Source of the DNA: a virus
Lineage: Duplodnaviria; Heunggongvirae; Uroviricota; Caudoviricetes
Length of the DNA stretch: 64,000 bases
Reading direction: 5' to 3' (one strand)
IMG/VR virus record: IMGVR_UViG_3300042260_000241
Both the position numbers and the translations under genes were made by a program. This document shows positions 1-9,086 of the stretch, one piece after another. Position 1 is the stretch's first letter. Each line of letters starts with the position of its first letter. The notes below the pieces were generated by a model, which saw only the letters and a program-made list of their open reading frames with translations, was not told the origin of the DNA and searched no databases.

Positions 1-2
1 GA

Positions 3-995
3 TTGAAAGTTCATCAATCAAATCTTTGTTCTGAAATTATTTTGCCAACCAATGAAAAACGTACTGCGGTATGCTGTTTATCATCTCTTAACTTAGAATA
101 TTACGATGACTGGAAAGACGATAATCTTTTCCTTGCTGATATTGCAGAAATGCTTGACAATGTTCTTCAGTATTTTATTGATCATGCACCTACCGCAATC
201 GAAAGAGCAAAATATTCCGCAATGCGCGAGCGATCAATCGGCATCGGTGCGTTGGGTTGGCATGCCATCTTGCAAAAGAAAAACATAGCATTCGAGTCTG
301 CGCTAGCAAAATCTCTTAATATTCGTATTTTCAAAGGTGTCCGTGAAAAACTTGATATTGCAAATAAAGCTCTTGGATTGGAAAGAGGCGAAGCGCCTGA
401 TGCTAAGGGTACTGGTAATCGTTTCAGCCATCTTATGGCAATTGCTCCCAATGCTTCATCTTCCATTCTTATGGGCAATACCTCTCCTAGTGTTGAACCT
501 TATCGGGCTAACGCTTATCGCCAAGACACTTTATCGGGCTCTAAGTTAAATAAAAACAAATTCCTCGATAAAATTATTCAAAAGCATGCTGAAATTCATT
601 CAGAAGGATGGGCTGATGAAGTATGGCGTTCGATTATTGCCAATGATGGAAGTGTTCAGCACCTTGAATGGCTCGGCGAACATGAAAAAGAAGTATTTAA
701 GACTTCTATGGAGATTGACATGCGCTGGCTCATTGAACATGCTGCTGATCGTCAAGAGTATATAGATCAAGCACAGTCTTTAAATTTATTCTTTAGACCA
801 GATTCGCATATTAAATATATCCATGCTGTTCATTTCTTAGCATGGAAGAAAAAGTTAAAGACTTTGTATTACTGCCGTTCTGAAAAGATTGGTAAAGCTG
901 ATAAAGTTCACAAGAAACTTGAACGTGAAATTATTAAAGAAATTGATATAACAGCAGTCGCTCAAGGAAACGATTGCATTGCATGTGAAGGATAA
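3..995 (+). CDS. nrdA: Ribonucleotide reductase large subunit (class Ia NrdA), C-terminal part; the 5' end lies outside the window
   Basis: The ORF runs to the left window edge. It carries RNR alpha-subunit C-terminal motifs and a terminal CIACEG-type redox Cys pair. It sits upstream of thioredoxin and nrdB, as in T4-like phages. Confidence 0.8.
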   Translation: MKVHQSNLCSEIILPTNEKRTAVCCLSSLNLEYYDDWKDDNLFLADIAEMLDNVLQYFIDHAPTAIERAKYSAMRERSIGIGALGWHAILQKKNIAFESALAKSLNIRIFKGVREKLDIANKALGLERGEAPDAKGTGNRFSHLMAIAPNASSSILMGNTSPSVEPYRANAYRQDTLSGSKLNKNKFLDKIIQKHAEIHSEGWADEVWRSIIANDGSVQHLEWLGEHEKEVFKTSMEIDMRWLIEHAADRQEYIDQAQSLNLFFRPDSHIKYIHAVHFLAWKKKLKTLYYCRSEKIGKADKVHKKLEREIIKEIDITAVAQGNDCIACEG

Positions 996-998
996 AAT

Positions 999-1628
999 AT
1001 GAATATTAATGTTGGTGTACACACCTTATGGCCTTCTATTATTCTAGAACTTGACTATGGAGTGAGATTGCATAGACAACTCGATGAAACTTTTAATAAA
1101 GTTGAATTTGAACCTACGCCATCCGAGTGGGGTAGAACTCACAAAGTTTCCAAACGTCAAACTCAATATTGGTCTGATGACGTGATTAGTCAATTTGGTT
1201 TAACAGATTTTGAAAAAGAAGTTGATTCAGTTGTTCGTCAATATGCTGCGATGAACAATATGCAATATACTACATATAAAAGAACTTCGTGGTTTACAGC
1301 TTATGACAATGGTGATTATGCGCATATACATAATCATCAGAGTGCTTCTATTTCTGGATGTTTCTATTATAAAACTACTGGAGAAGATGGTAATATTTTC
1401 TTCACAAGTCCTGTTCCAGAAATGCGTTCTGCACCAGCCTGGGCGAATATGGGCAATAGACATGTTTTCCAAGTAAAAGAAGGAAAAATGTTAGTTTTCC
1501 CTGGTTGGCTAAATCATGGTGTGATGACAAATGAAACAGACACTCGTAGAATCAGTTTAGCATTTAATGTTGAATTTAATTATTTTGATACAGATGAATC
1601 AATTAAACAAGATTCCGATGGAGAATGA
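999..1628 (+). CDS. 2OG-Fe(II) oxygenase-like protein
   Basis: His-rich HxD...H-type motifs (AHIHNHQS ... NHGV). It is a conserved small ORF between nrdA and nrdB, as in T4-like marine phages. Confidence 0.45.
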   Translation: MNINVGVHTLWPSIILELDYGVRLHRQLDETFNKVEFEPTPSEWGRTHKVSKRQTQYWSDDVISQFGLTDFEKEVDSVVRQYAAMNNMQYTTYKRTSWFTAYDNGDYAHIHNHQSASISGCFYYKTTGEDGNIFFTSPVPEMRSAPAWANMGNRHVFQVKEGKMLVFPGWLNHGVMTNETDTRRISLAFNVEFNYFDTDESIKQDSDGE

Positions 1629-1642
1629 AAATAGTAAACAGG

Positions 1643-1680
1643 AAACGCATAGACCGTATGTTTGGTGGTCTATGCGTATT
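1643..1680 (+). terminator. hairpin terminator
   Basis: acgcatagacc-gtatgtttggt-ggtctatgcgt followed by ATT. Confidence 0.45.
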
Positions 1681-1733
1681 GTAGAAATGATAACCTGCAT
1701 TCATATTATTGCAGGAGTATGGAGGCACTGGTA

Positions 1734-1928
1734 ATGGACGCATATAACATCTACCATATTATAAAAAGACTTTGGTCTGAATATGTGAATAAAAGTAGCG
1801 GAACTTTAATTAAATCACAAGATGCAATCAAAGTGTGTGTATGGACTGATGATGGATATCGTGAAGTTGTCAATGTAATCTATAACGAAAAATATAAATT
1901 TATTGAATTAGAATTGGATCAAGAATGA
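1734..1928 (+). CDS. hypothetical protein
   Basis: An ATG with a GGAGG Shine-Dalgarno sequence about 8 nt upstream. It follows the hairpin terminator at 1643–1680. Confidence 0.5.
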   Translation: MDAYNIYHIIKRLWSEYVNKSSGTLIKSQDAIKVCVWTDDGYREVVNVIYNEKYKFIELELDQE

Positions 1929-2173
1929 AAGAAGTATTAAAATTTTCCGCAAGTTGGTGCGGTCCTTGTCAAATGTTATCAATGACATTAAAGGGCATCG
2001 AAGACAACACAGTTCCAGTACAAGAAATTGATATTGATGAACAATTGGATTTGGCTGCACAGTATAACATCAGAAGTGTTCCAACTATGATTATGTTACA
2101 AGATGGCGTTGAAGTAAAACGCGTTTCGGGTGCTTTGCCTGCTAATAAAGTTAAGGAATTTTTAAATGGTTAA
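1925..2173 (+). CDS. nrdC: Thioredoxin/glutaredoxin (NrdC-like)
   Basis: WCGPC active-site motif and an 82-aa thioredoxin fold. It overlaps its neighbours through ATGA junctions. Confidence 0.8.
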   Translation: MKEVLKFSASWCGPCQMLSMTLKGIEDNTVPVQEIDIDEQLDLAAQYNIRSVPTMIMLQDGVEVKRVSGALPANKVKEFLNG

Positions 2174-3146
2174 GCAAAAATCCAACCTAATGGATGAGCG
2201 TAATAGCTTTAAACCATTTAACTACCCTTGGGCGTACGATGCTTGGTTAAAACATGAACAAGCACATTGGCTACACACAGAAGTACCAATGGCTGAAGAC
2301 GTTAAAGACTGGAAGAAGAAACTAACTAAGGAAGAAAAAGAATTCCTAACAAACATCTTCCGTTTCTTTACACAAGGTGATATTGACGTAGCTGGTGGAT
2401 ATGTTAGGAACTATCTACCATACTTTCCACAACCAGAAGTGCGCATGATGTTAATGGGTTTTGCAGCACGTGAAGCACTACACATAGCTGCGTATTCTCA
2501 CTTGATTGAGACACTTGGTTTGCCAGAAACTACTTACAATCAGTTTCTCGAATATCAAGAAATGCGTGACAAACACGATTACGTTCTAGATATTAGTTCT
2601 AAGAATGGCACTGTCGAGTCTACGGCTACACATATTGCAGTATTCTCTGCTTTCACTGAAGGCATGCAATTATTCTCATCGTTTATCATGTTGCTAAACT
2701 TCCCTCGTCATGGTATGATGAAGGGTATGGGACAGATTGTTACTTGGTCTATTGTTGACGAAACAATGCACGCTGAGAACATGATGCGCCTATTCAAAGA
2801 GTACATCAAAGAAAATCCAGAAATTTGGAATGATGAATTAAAAGGAAAAATTTATACGATCGCTGAACGAATGGTAGAACTTGAAGATAAGTTTATCGAT
2901 CTTTGCGGCGAAGCACGTGACTTGAAGAAAGAAGATGTCAAGACCTACATTCGTTATATCGCAGATCGTCGTCTTATTGGTCTAGGTATGAAAGGTATCT
3001 TTAAAGTTAAGAAAAATCCACTTCCTTGGGTTGAGGAAATGATTAACGCTCCAACACATACTAATTTCTTTGAGAATCGTGCAACAGATTATGCAAAGGG
3101 TGCTTTAAGTGGATCGTGGGATGACGTTTGGGCTAAGGAGGCATAA
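2166..3146 (+). CDS. nrdB: Ribonucleotide reductase small subunit (NrdB)
   Basis: Di-iron ligand motifs (ExxH repeats) and a conserved Tyr-radical region. It is 326 aa long. Confidence 0.9.
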   Translation: MVKQKSNLMDERNSFKPFNYPWAYDAWLKHEQAHWLHTEVPMAEDVKDWKKKLTKEEKEFLTNIFRFFTQGDIDVAGGYVRNYLPYFPQPEVRMMLMGFAAREALHIAAYSHLIETLGLPETTYNQFLEYQEMRDKHDYVLDISSKNGTVESTATHIAVFSAFTEGMQLFSSFIMLLNFPRHGMMKGMGQIVTWSIVDETMHAENMMRLFKEYIKENPEIWNDELKGKIYTIAERMVELEDKFIDLCGEARDLKKEDVKTYIRYIADRRLIGLGMKGIFKVKKNPLPWVEEMINAPTHTNFFENRATDYAKGALSGSWDDVWAKEA

Positions 3147-3304
3147 TGGCTGTAAAACATTTCGATTGCGACGGTTGTGGCGCACATGGTAAAATTACAT
3201 TTAAAACAGACGATGAATTTAGGACGTCTGATGTGGCGTATTGTCCCTTCTGCGGAAGTGACATTTATGAAGATGAGGAATACGATGACGAAGAAGATCA
3301 GTAA
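3146..3304 (+). CDS. small zinc-ribbon protein
   Basis: A 52-aa ORF missing from the six-frame track because it is under 60 aa. It has CDGCG...CPFCG paired CxxC motifs and a TAATG overlap with the nrdB stop codon. Confidence 0.4.
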   Translation: MAVKHFDCDGCGAHGKITFKTDDEFRTSDVAYCPFCGSDIYEDEEYDDEEDQ

Positions 3305-3638
3305 GGTAATCATCTATTATGAAGACGGAACTTACGAAGAAATTACGCATAGCGTATCTCGTGTACAGGATGAAAAGGATAAAGGTAATGTTAGCCCAAG
3401 TCCTGTAACGCCAGATCTTAGACCTGATTATTATATTTTGCGTGATTGGAAAGATCCATACGAACCACCATATACAGTAACATGTGATAATACAAGTAAT
3501 GTGCCATTAGTATATAACATTGCATCTTCTACAAGTGATGTTCAAGAATGGCGATTCACTTCTACTGGTAATGCCGGCGTACTGAATAAATATACCATTA
3601 CATCAACTGGTAATGGTAATGTGGATTTATCAAAATAA
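3285..3638 (+). CDS. hypothetical protein
   Basis: An internal ATG with a GAGGA Shine-Dalgarno sequence 5 nt upstream. Confidence 0.45.
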   Translation: MTKKISKVIIYYEDGTYEEITHSVSRVQDEKDKGNVSPSPVTPDLRPDYYILRDWKDPYEPPYTVTCDNTSNVPLVYNIASSTSDVQEWRFTSTGNAGVLNKYTITSTGNGNVDLSK

Positions 3639-4014
3639 AGAATTTACTGAAGATCAAATAGACAAATACTTAGGCTTTGTCTATTTGATCACAAATAAGT
3701 TAAATGGAAGAAAGTACATAGGAAAGAAACTCTTTTGGTTCTCTAAGACAAGAACAGTCAAAGGGAAAAAGAAGAAAGAGAAAGTTCTTTCTGACTGGCA
3801 ACAATATTGGTCTTCATCAGAAGAACTAAAGAACGACGTCAAATCTCTGGGTGAAGAAAACTTCACTCGAGAGATTCTTTATTTGTGCTCAACAAAGGGC
3901 ACGATGTCGTATCTAGAACTCCGCGAACAAATTGATCGTCGTGTTATGGAAACAGATGATTACTATAATGCTTTCGTTGGAGGAAAAATACACAAAAAAC
4001 ATGTTAAGCTATGA
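3613..4014 (+). CDS. GIY-YIG domain protein (short seg-like homing endonuclease remnant)
   Basis: GFVYLITN...GRKYIGKK is a GIY-YIG motif. At 133 aa it is shorter than Seg enzymes. Confidence 0.55.
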   Translation: MVMWIYQNKEFTEDQIDKYLGFVYLITNKLNGRKYIGKKLFWFSKTRTVKGKKKKEKVLSDWQQYWSSSEELKNDVKSLGEENFTREILYLCSTKGTMSYLELREQIDRRVMETDDYYNAFVGGKIHKKHVKL

Positions 4015-4871
4015 TATATTTTCTATTATTCAACGCTATTGCGCTCTCAATAACTGCAGAATATTATGCTATCATGGGATTGATGGCAATATTTTCGGGA
4101 TCTCCTATAGCTATTGCTATCATGGGAGGTACTTTAGGTCTTTCTAAGATTCTAATAACATCTTGGTTATATAGAAATTGGAAGCAAACTAGTATTTTAC
4201 TAAAAGTTTACTTTTCAATTGCGGTATGTATTCTTATGCTTTTAACAAGCATGGGAATATTTGGTTACCTATCTAAAGCTCATTTAGATCAAGGTGTTGT
4301 GTCAGGCGATGTAACTGCAGCAGTTGCACTCATTGACGAAAAAATTAATATACAAAAGGAAAATATAAATGCAGCTCGTAAGACAATTTCTCAACTGGAT
4401 TCACAAGTTGACGCAGCCCTCAGTAGGACAACTGACGCCGCCGGAGCCGATCGTTCCACAGCTATTAGAAGAAGTCAAGCCAAAGAACGAGTCAAACTCA
4501 TCGAAGAAATCTCAACCGCCCAAAAAGAAATCGCAAAACTCAACGAACAGAGGGCGCCCATCGCAGTCGAACTCCGCAAAGTCGAAGCCGAAGTCGGTCC
4601 CATCAAATACATCGCAGCGTTCATCTACGAAGACAGCGCCGACCAAAACTCGCTCGAAAAAGCAGTCCGTTGGTTAATCGTACTTATCGTGTTAGTGTTT
4701 GATCCATTAGCAGTATTGATGTTTATTGCCGTGAATCAAACACTCGCTCAACAAAAACCACAAAAAGAAGAAACTATCATAAAAGAAGTGATTGATGCAG
4801 TTCCAAACAATGATATGGAATTTAATTCTGGTATTAGAGTAGATGATCAAATCACTATTGAAAAATGGTGA
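4011..4871 (+). CDS. membrane protein with central coiled-coil
   Basis: Predicted transmembrane helices at the N- and C-termini flank an Ala/Glu/Lys-rich coiled-coil segment. Confidence 0.5.
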   Translation: MIYFLLFNAIALSITAEYYAIMGLMAIFSGSPIAIAIMGGTLGLSKILITSWLYRNWKQTSILLKVYFSIAVCILMLLTSMGIFGYLSKAHLDQGVVSGDVTAAVALIDEKINIQKENINAARKTISQLDSQVDAALSRTTDAAGADRSTAIRRSQAKERVKLIEEISTAQKEIAKLNEQRAPIAVELRKVEAEVGPIKYIAAFIYEDSADQNSLEKAVRWLIVLIVLVFDPLAVLMFIAVNQTLAQQKPQKEETIIKEVIDAVPNNDMEFNSGIRVDDQITIEKW

Positions 4872-4985
4872 TTTGATTGTACAAACTTTTGATAGTACAG
4901 TATAATGTATCTTCAGGATACAAACTATAAAAGAAAACAAAAGTATACAGTTCCCAATAAATCCTAGATGTGTTATAATCTAGGT

Positions 4986-5501
4986 ATGAACTTAGTAGAA
5001 CACCTCAAATCTAGACATCTAGACTTAGAATTACACCGGCCAGTCGTCAACGACACCGAAGGTGTAGCTACATTTTATCTCTGGAATCTCTCGGGTCAGT
5101 TGGTCGGTTACCAACAATATAGACCTCTTGGAGAAAAGAAACCCCAAAACAATCCTAAAGAAGGTAAGTACTTCACTTATCGTAAACAACCTACACTCGC
5201 TGTTTGGGGTGTTGAAAGTTTAAAGTATCCCGGAAGTGTCTTCGTTTGCGAAGGTGTCTTTGACGCATGTCGGCTTACTGAAAAAGGCTGTGCTGCTGTT
5301 GCAGTTCTATCTAATAACACTGGATGGGATTTGCAAAATTGGCTTAGCATGTTGAATCGTCGAGTTGTTGCAGTTTGTGACAATGATGATGCAGGTCGCA
5401 AATTAGCTAAGTTTGGTCATGAAGCAGTCTTCACTTATGAAAAGGATCTAGGAGATTCTAGTGAAGACTATGTCAATTCTTTGGTGTTACATTATGCATA
5501 A
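4986..5501 (+). CDS. Toprim-domain protein (primase-like)
   Basis: VFVCEGVFDA and CDNDDAGRK match the Toprim E...DxD signature. A promoter TATAAT lies at about 4972. Confidence 0.55.
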   Translation: MNLVEHLKSRHLDLELHRPVVNDTEGVATFYLWNLSGQLVGYQQYRPLGEKKPQNNPKEGKYFTYRKQPTLAVWGVESLKYPGSVFVCEGVFDACRLTEKGCAAVAVLSNNTGWDLQNWLSMLNRRVVAVCDNDDAGRKLAKFGHEAVFTYEKDLGDSSEDYVNSLVLHYA

Positions 5502-5671
5502 GAAACTTGATCGTTGTAAAGATTGTATGTCGTTTGTTTCTCATAAGAATAAAAAGAATCTAACAGAAGCACAAAAGCGACATGACTATTGGTGTTGTGC
5601 TAAAGGAAAGAAAGCAATAGACAGTATTGCTCTTTGTATTGTACATGATTTAAAAAGAACTAAGGAATGAT

Positions 5672-5962
5672 ATGAGTGGTGGTCATTTTGATTACAAGCA
5701 ATATCAAATTGAATATATTGCTGATGAAATAGAGCAATTGATTCTAGACAATTATTCTGAAGAACTCAATGAATGGGGTGATCGGAAAGGTAGATTCTAT
5801 TCGGAGGAAACTCTTATGGAATTTAAAGATGCACTATGTACATTGCGTCAAGCTAAAATTTATGCACAACGTATTGATTGGTTAGTATCCGGTGATGATG
5901 GAGAAGATAGTTTCCATCGTCGCCTTAAAGAAGAATTAGACAAATTATCATGTTCAAAGTAA
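5672..5962 (+). CDS. hypothetical protein
   Basis: An ORF in the operon with good coding periodicity. Confidence 0.4.
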   Translation: MSGGHFDYKQYQIEYIADEIEQLILDNYSEELNEWGDRKGRFYSEETLMEFKDALCTLRQAKIYAQRIDWLVSGDDGEDSFHRRLKEELDKLSCSK

Positions 5963-6128
5963 TAGGTAAAGAAGAAACATTGAAGGTTCTTACTCTTGCT
6001 GAAGCAATGAATGTTGCTAAGCACATGAATGAATTCGTAAGAATTGTTGGTGAGGACTTTGAAGTCGTTGGTATCTTTGGTGCAGATTCTATTAAAGAAG
6101 GAGTTTGTCCAGATGGTATTGATTATGA

Positions 6129-6809
6129 TTGGAGAAAGCGTCGATGAGTTTTACTGAATCAGATAAACTTAAAATCCTTAAGTTAAAATCGGGAATTGCT
6201 TCTTATTATAATCTTCAAATGAAGAAAATTGGAGATCGTCAATTAGAAGCTCTTTTCTTTGAGAATTGCGTTATCAGCGGTGGTATCTCATGTTCAGTGT
6301 TTCATGAAACTGCTATTAATGATATCGACATCTACGCAAGATCTGCAAAGGCTATGATTCTTATTAAAGATTATATCATTAATTCAAAAAAGAATATTAA
6401 GACGTTTGCAACGTATTCAATCGATCCCGCAACAGGCGACAAACTTGTTACACAAGGCGCAAATCCTGCGATCACAGTTAATGCAGTAACTCTTACAAAT
6501 GACGTGCAATTTATTTACATGGATACGTGGGATAACTGCAAAAGCAAATTTGATTTTATTCACTGTCAACCTCATTATGATTTAGCTACACAGAAGTACT
6601 TTATTTCTAAAGCTCAATATGACTCTATCAAATCTAAAGAATTAGTAACGACAGGATTAGTTGAAATTAAAGAAAATAGACGTGACAAATATCTAAAACG
6701 TGGTTGGAAAGAGCAATTTAAATCAGCTGAATTTAAGTCCAATGATATTGGAGAAATTGGAATTATTGCTCAGGAAATTTCACAAATAATCCCATCTGTG
6801 ATAAAATAA
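6129..6809 (+). CDS. hypothetical protein
   Basis: A 226-aa ORF. Confidence 0.45.
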   Translation: MEKASMSFTESDKLKILKLKSGIASYYNLQMKKIGDRQLEALFFENCVISGGISCSVFHETAINDIDIYARSAKAMILIKDYIINSKKNIKTFATYSIDPATGDKLVTQGANPAITVNAVTLTNDVQFIYMDTWDNCKSKFDFIHCQPHYDLATQKYFISKAQYDSIKSKELVTTGLVEIKENRRDKYLKRGWKEQFKSAEFKSNDIGEIGIIAQEISQIIPSVIK

Positions 6810-7054
6810 ACCTATGGGAACTCTTACTGATTATTTTGCAAAGAACGCTTACAAACACACCTATGATATTGGCGATCGTGTTGAAGGCAAGTGGAATGGT
6901 ATACCATTTGTAGGATCTGTTGGAAATGATAGGTTTGTTAATGAAGATGATGGACCTGAAGTTACTATTCATCTCGATCTTCCTATTGTCTATAAAAGCA
7001 AAGTTCATAATATTTTAGTAGTTAAGCATAAACAAATTAAACGAAGGAAAGAAT

Positions 7055-7552
7055 ATGTCTATCCGGTGGATCGAAAACGCAAGCATGAGTGATATTCATC
7101 TGGGTCATCATAGTGATCTTGGTGAGAATTGCATGTTGATTCGTATTCAGGATCCAGCAACTGAGTTTAAACCTACTAAGCGGGAGTTTAAAGAAGTTCA
7201 CGAGTTTGAATTCCTCGACGCTGAGGATGAGGATGGCTTTCCAGATGAAGTAAAGATCTCTGATGAGCAAGCCGCACAAATCGTTAGACTGTTAGAGCAC
7301 GCACTAGAAAAGCAAATGAATGTTATGGTGCATTGTCATGCAGGTATTTGCCGTTCTGGTGCTGTGACTGAGGTTGGCACAATGCTAGGCTTCACCGCAA
7401 CTGAAAGGTTCCGTCAACCTAATTTGCGCGTTAAGCACAAGCTCATGAAAGCACTTGGTTGGACTTACGATAGCAACGAGCCAAAGACTTCGACAGGTGG
7501 TTATCTATCCATGAATGGTATTTGGCTCCCTAATAATTTTGGAGAAGAGTGA
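7055..7552 (+). CDS. Cys-based protein phosphatase (dual-specificity/Tyr phosphatase fold)
   Basis: VHCHAGICRSGAV matches the HCxxGxxR(S/T) CX5R P-loop signature. Confidence 0.65.
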   Translation: MSIRWIENASMSDIHLGHHSDLGENCMLIRIQDPATEFKPTKREFKEVHEFEFLDAEDEDGFPDEVKISDEQAAQIVRLLEHALEKQMNVMVHCHAGICRSGAVTEVGTMLGFTATERFRQPNLRVKHKLMKALGWTYDSNEPKTSTGGYLSMNGIWLPNNFGEE

Positions 7553-8016
7553 TGCCTACGGCTTATATTCTAATTGGAATTCCGGCGTCAGGAAAATCAA
7601 CGTGGATTAAATCACAACGCTGGTCAAATAATTGTGTGATTGCTTCGACTGATTCATACGTCGAGGCATTTGCACGTTCAGTTAATAAAACATACTCAGA
7701 AGTATTTGATCAAATTATGCCAACAGCAGTTGATCAAATGGTTAATGATGTCATTAATGCATACGAATCATCTAAAGATATTATCTGGGATCAAACGTCT
7801 ACTACGATTGCTTCAAGGAAAAAGAAGTTAAAGATGCTAGATGGGTATACAAAAATTGCCATTGTATTTAAAATACCAGAAATGGAAGAACTTATGAAGA
7901 GGTTATCGTCACGTCCTGGAAAAGTTATTCCATGGAATGTGGTTTCACAAATGATTAGTTCTTTTGAGCATCCTTCACTTGAAGAAGGATTTGATCAAAT
8001 TTGGCATGCGGAATGA
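7549..8016 (+). CDS. P-loop kinase (AAA_33-like; possibly polynucleotide kinase-like)
   Basis: GIPASGKST is a Walker A motif. The ORF encodes only a kinase domain. Confidence 0.5.
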   Translation: MMPTAYILIGIPASGKSTWIKSQRWSNNCVIASTDSYVEAFARSVNKTYSEVFDQIMPTAVDQMVNDVINAYESSKDIIWDQTSTTIASRKKKLKMLDGYTKIAIVFKIPEMEELMKRLSSRPGKVIPWNVVSQMISSFEHPSLEEGFDQIWHAE

Positions 8017-8023
8017 GGAAATT

Positions 8024-8251
8024 ATGACAGGAGGTAAACCAGTGGCGGCATTATTGCGCTCAAAGGCTGATGCATCAGATCAGATTAGTATCACTAAAAT
8101 TACAACTCTTAAGGAGGGCTATATGTTAATCACGGATTTTGAAAACTGTATGGGAAATATGACAGTTAAGATTTATCCTTCAGAGGCTGCTGCTAGAGCG
8201 TCTTCTCCAAATGAACGTGTTCTAAAAGTTAAAGTTGAAAGGGAACTATGA
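8024..8251 (+). CDS. hypothetical protein
   Basis: An ATG with a GAGGA Shine-Dalgarno sequence. Confidence 0.4.
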   Translation: MTGGKPVAALLRSKADASDQISITKITTLKEGYMLITDFENCMGNMTVKIYPSEAAARASSPNERVLKVKVEREL

Positions 8252-8425
8252 ATATAGATTTCAATACATTTTTTAGAATGCGTGTAGATGTTTCTAAAAT
8301 TAAAGACGATCAATATCAACTCGTAATTGAACGTGTAAATTTAGATGATTCGTTTTATAGTAGCAAATCTGAATTTTATTTAAACAAAGAACAACTAACA
8401 CTTCTTGTAAATTATTTCCAAGAGA

Positions 8426-8764
8426 TTGGAGATCAACATGATATCAAGTAATTCACCGATTGATTGGACAAAATTTATGTCAACAAGTGATAATGAAGAA
8501 TTTGTAAAGACTCCTGAATTTCGTGAATGGTTGATTAATATTCTTTCTGATGAAACTAATCCAACAACTATTACGTTTACGAAAAAAGATGGTACACAAC
8601 GTGTAATGAAGTGCACTCGTAGTCCAACACAAATTCCTGAAGATCAGCACCCTAAAAATAATACAAATGATTCGGAAACATCACTTCGTGTTTTTGATCT
8701 AGACAAAGGCGAATGGCGCTCGTTTATTGTTGAAAATGTTAAGCGCATTGAATATTCTTTCTAA
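8426..8764 (+). CDS. hypothetical protein
   Basis: An ORF in the operon. Confidence 0.4.
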   Translation: MEINMISSNSPIDWTKFMSTSDNEEFVKTPEFREWLINILSDETNPTTITFTKKDGTQRVMKCTRSPTQIPEDQHPKNNTNDSETSLRVFDLDKGEWRSFIVENVKRIEYSF

Positions 8765-8766
8765 TT

Positions 8767-9027
8767 ATGACTCAAATTTCAAATCCAGCAGATCGCGTTA
8801 AAATTAAAAAGATGCTTACTGAAGTATCTAATTCAATGACACGTATTGAAGCAGAACGTGATCTTATCAAGGAAACCATTAAAGAAATGTCTCAAGAGTT
8901 TAATCTCTCAAAGCGACAACTTAATCGAATGGCAAAAGTATATCATAAACAGAATTTCTCGCGTGAACAAGAAGAACATTCCGAGTTTGAGGATTTGTAT
9001 ACCTCGATCGTGGAAAGTAATACTTAA
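8767..9027 (+). CDS. hypothetical protein
   Basis: An ORF in the operon. Confidence 0.4.
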   Translation: MTQISNPADRVKIKKMLTEVSNSMTRIEAERDLIKETIKEMSQEFNLSKRQLNRMAKVYHKQNFSREQEEHSEFEDLYTSIVESNT

Positions 9028-9030
9028 GTT

Positions 9031-9066
9031 TACAGTGTACAATAATTCATTTTTAGTATATAATAC
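9031..9066 (+). promoter_or_regulatory. early promoter
   Basis: GTGTACAATAATTCATTTTTAGTATATAAT. Confidence 0.5.
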
Positions 9067-9086
9067 TACTATGAATTGGAGGACAC

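Noticed and set aside
4369-4677. Alternative-frame ORF (102 aa, Ser/Pro/Lys-rich) inside 4011..4871.
   Set aside because: It is fully nested in a better-supported ORF, and its low-complexity translation is typical of an off-frame reading of a coiled-coil region.
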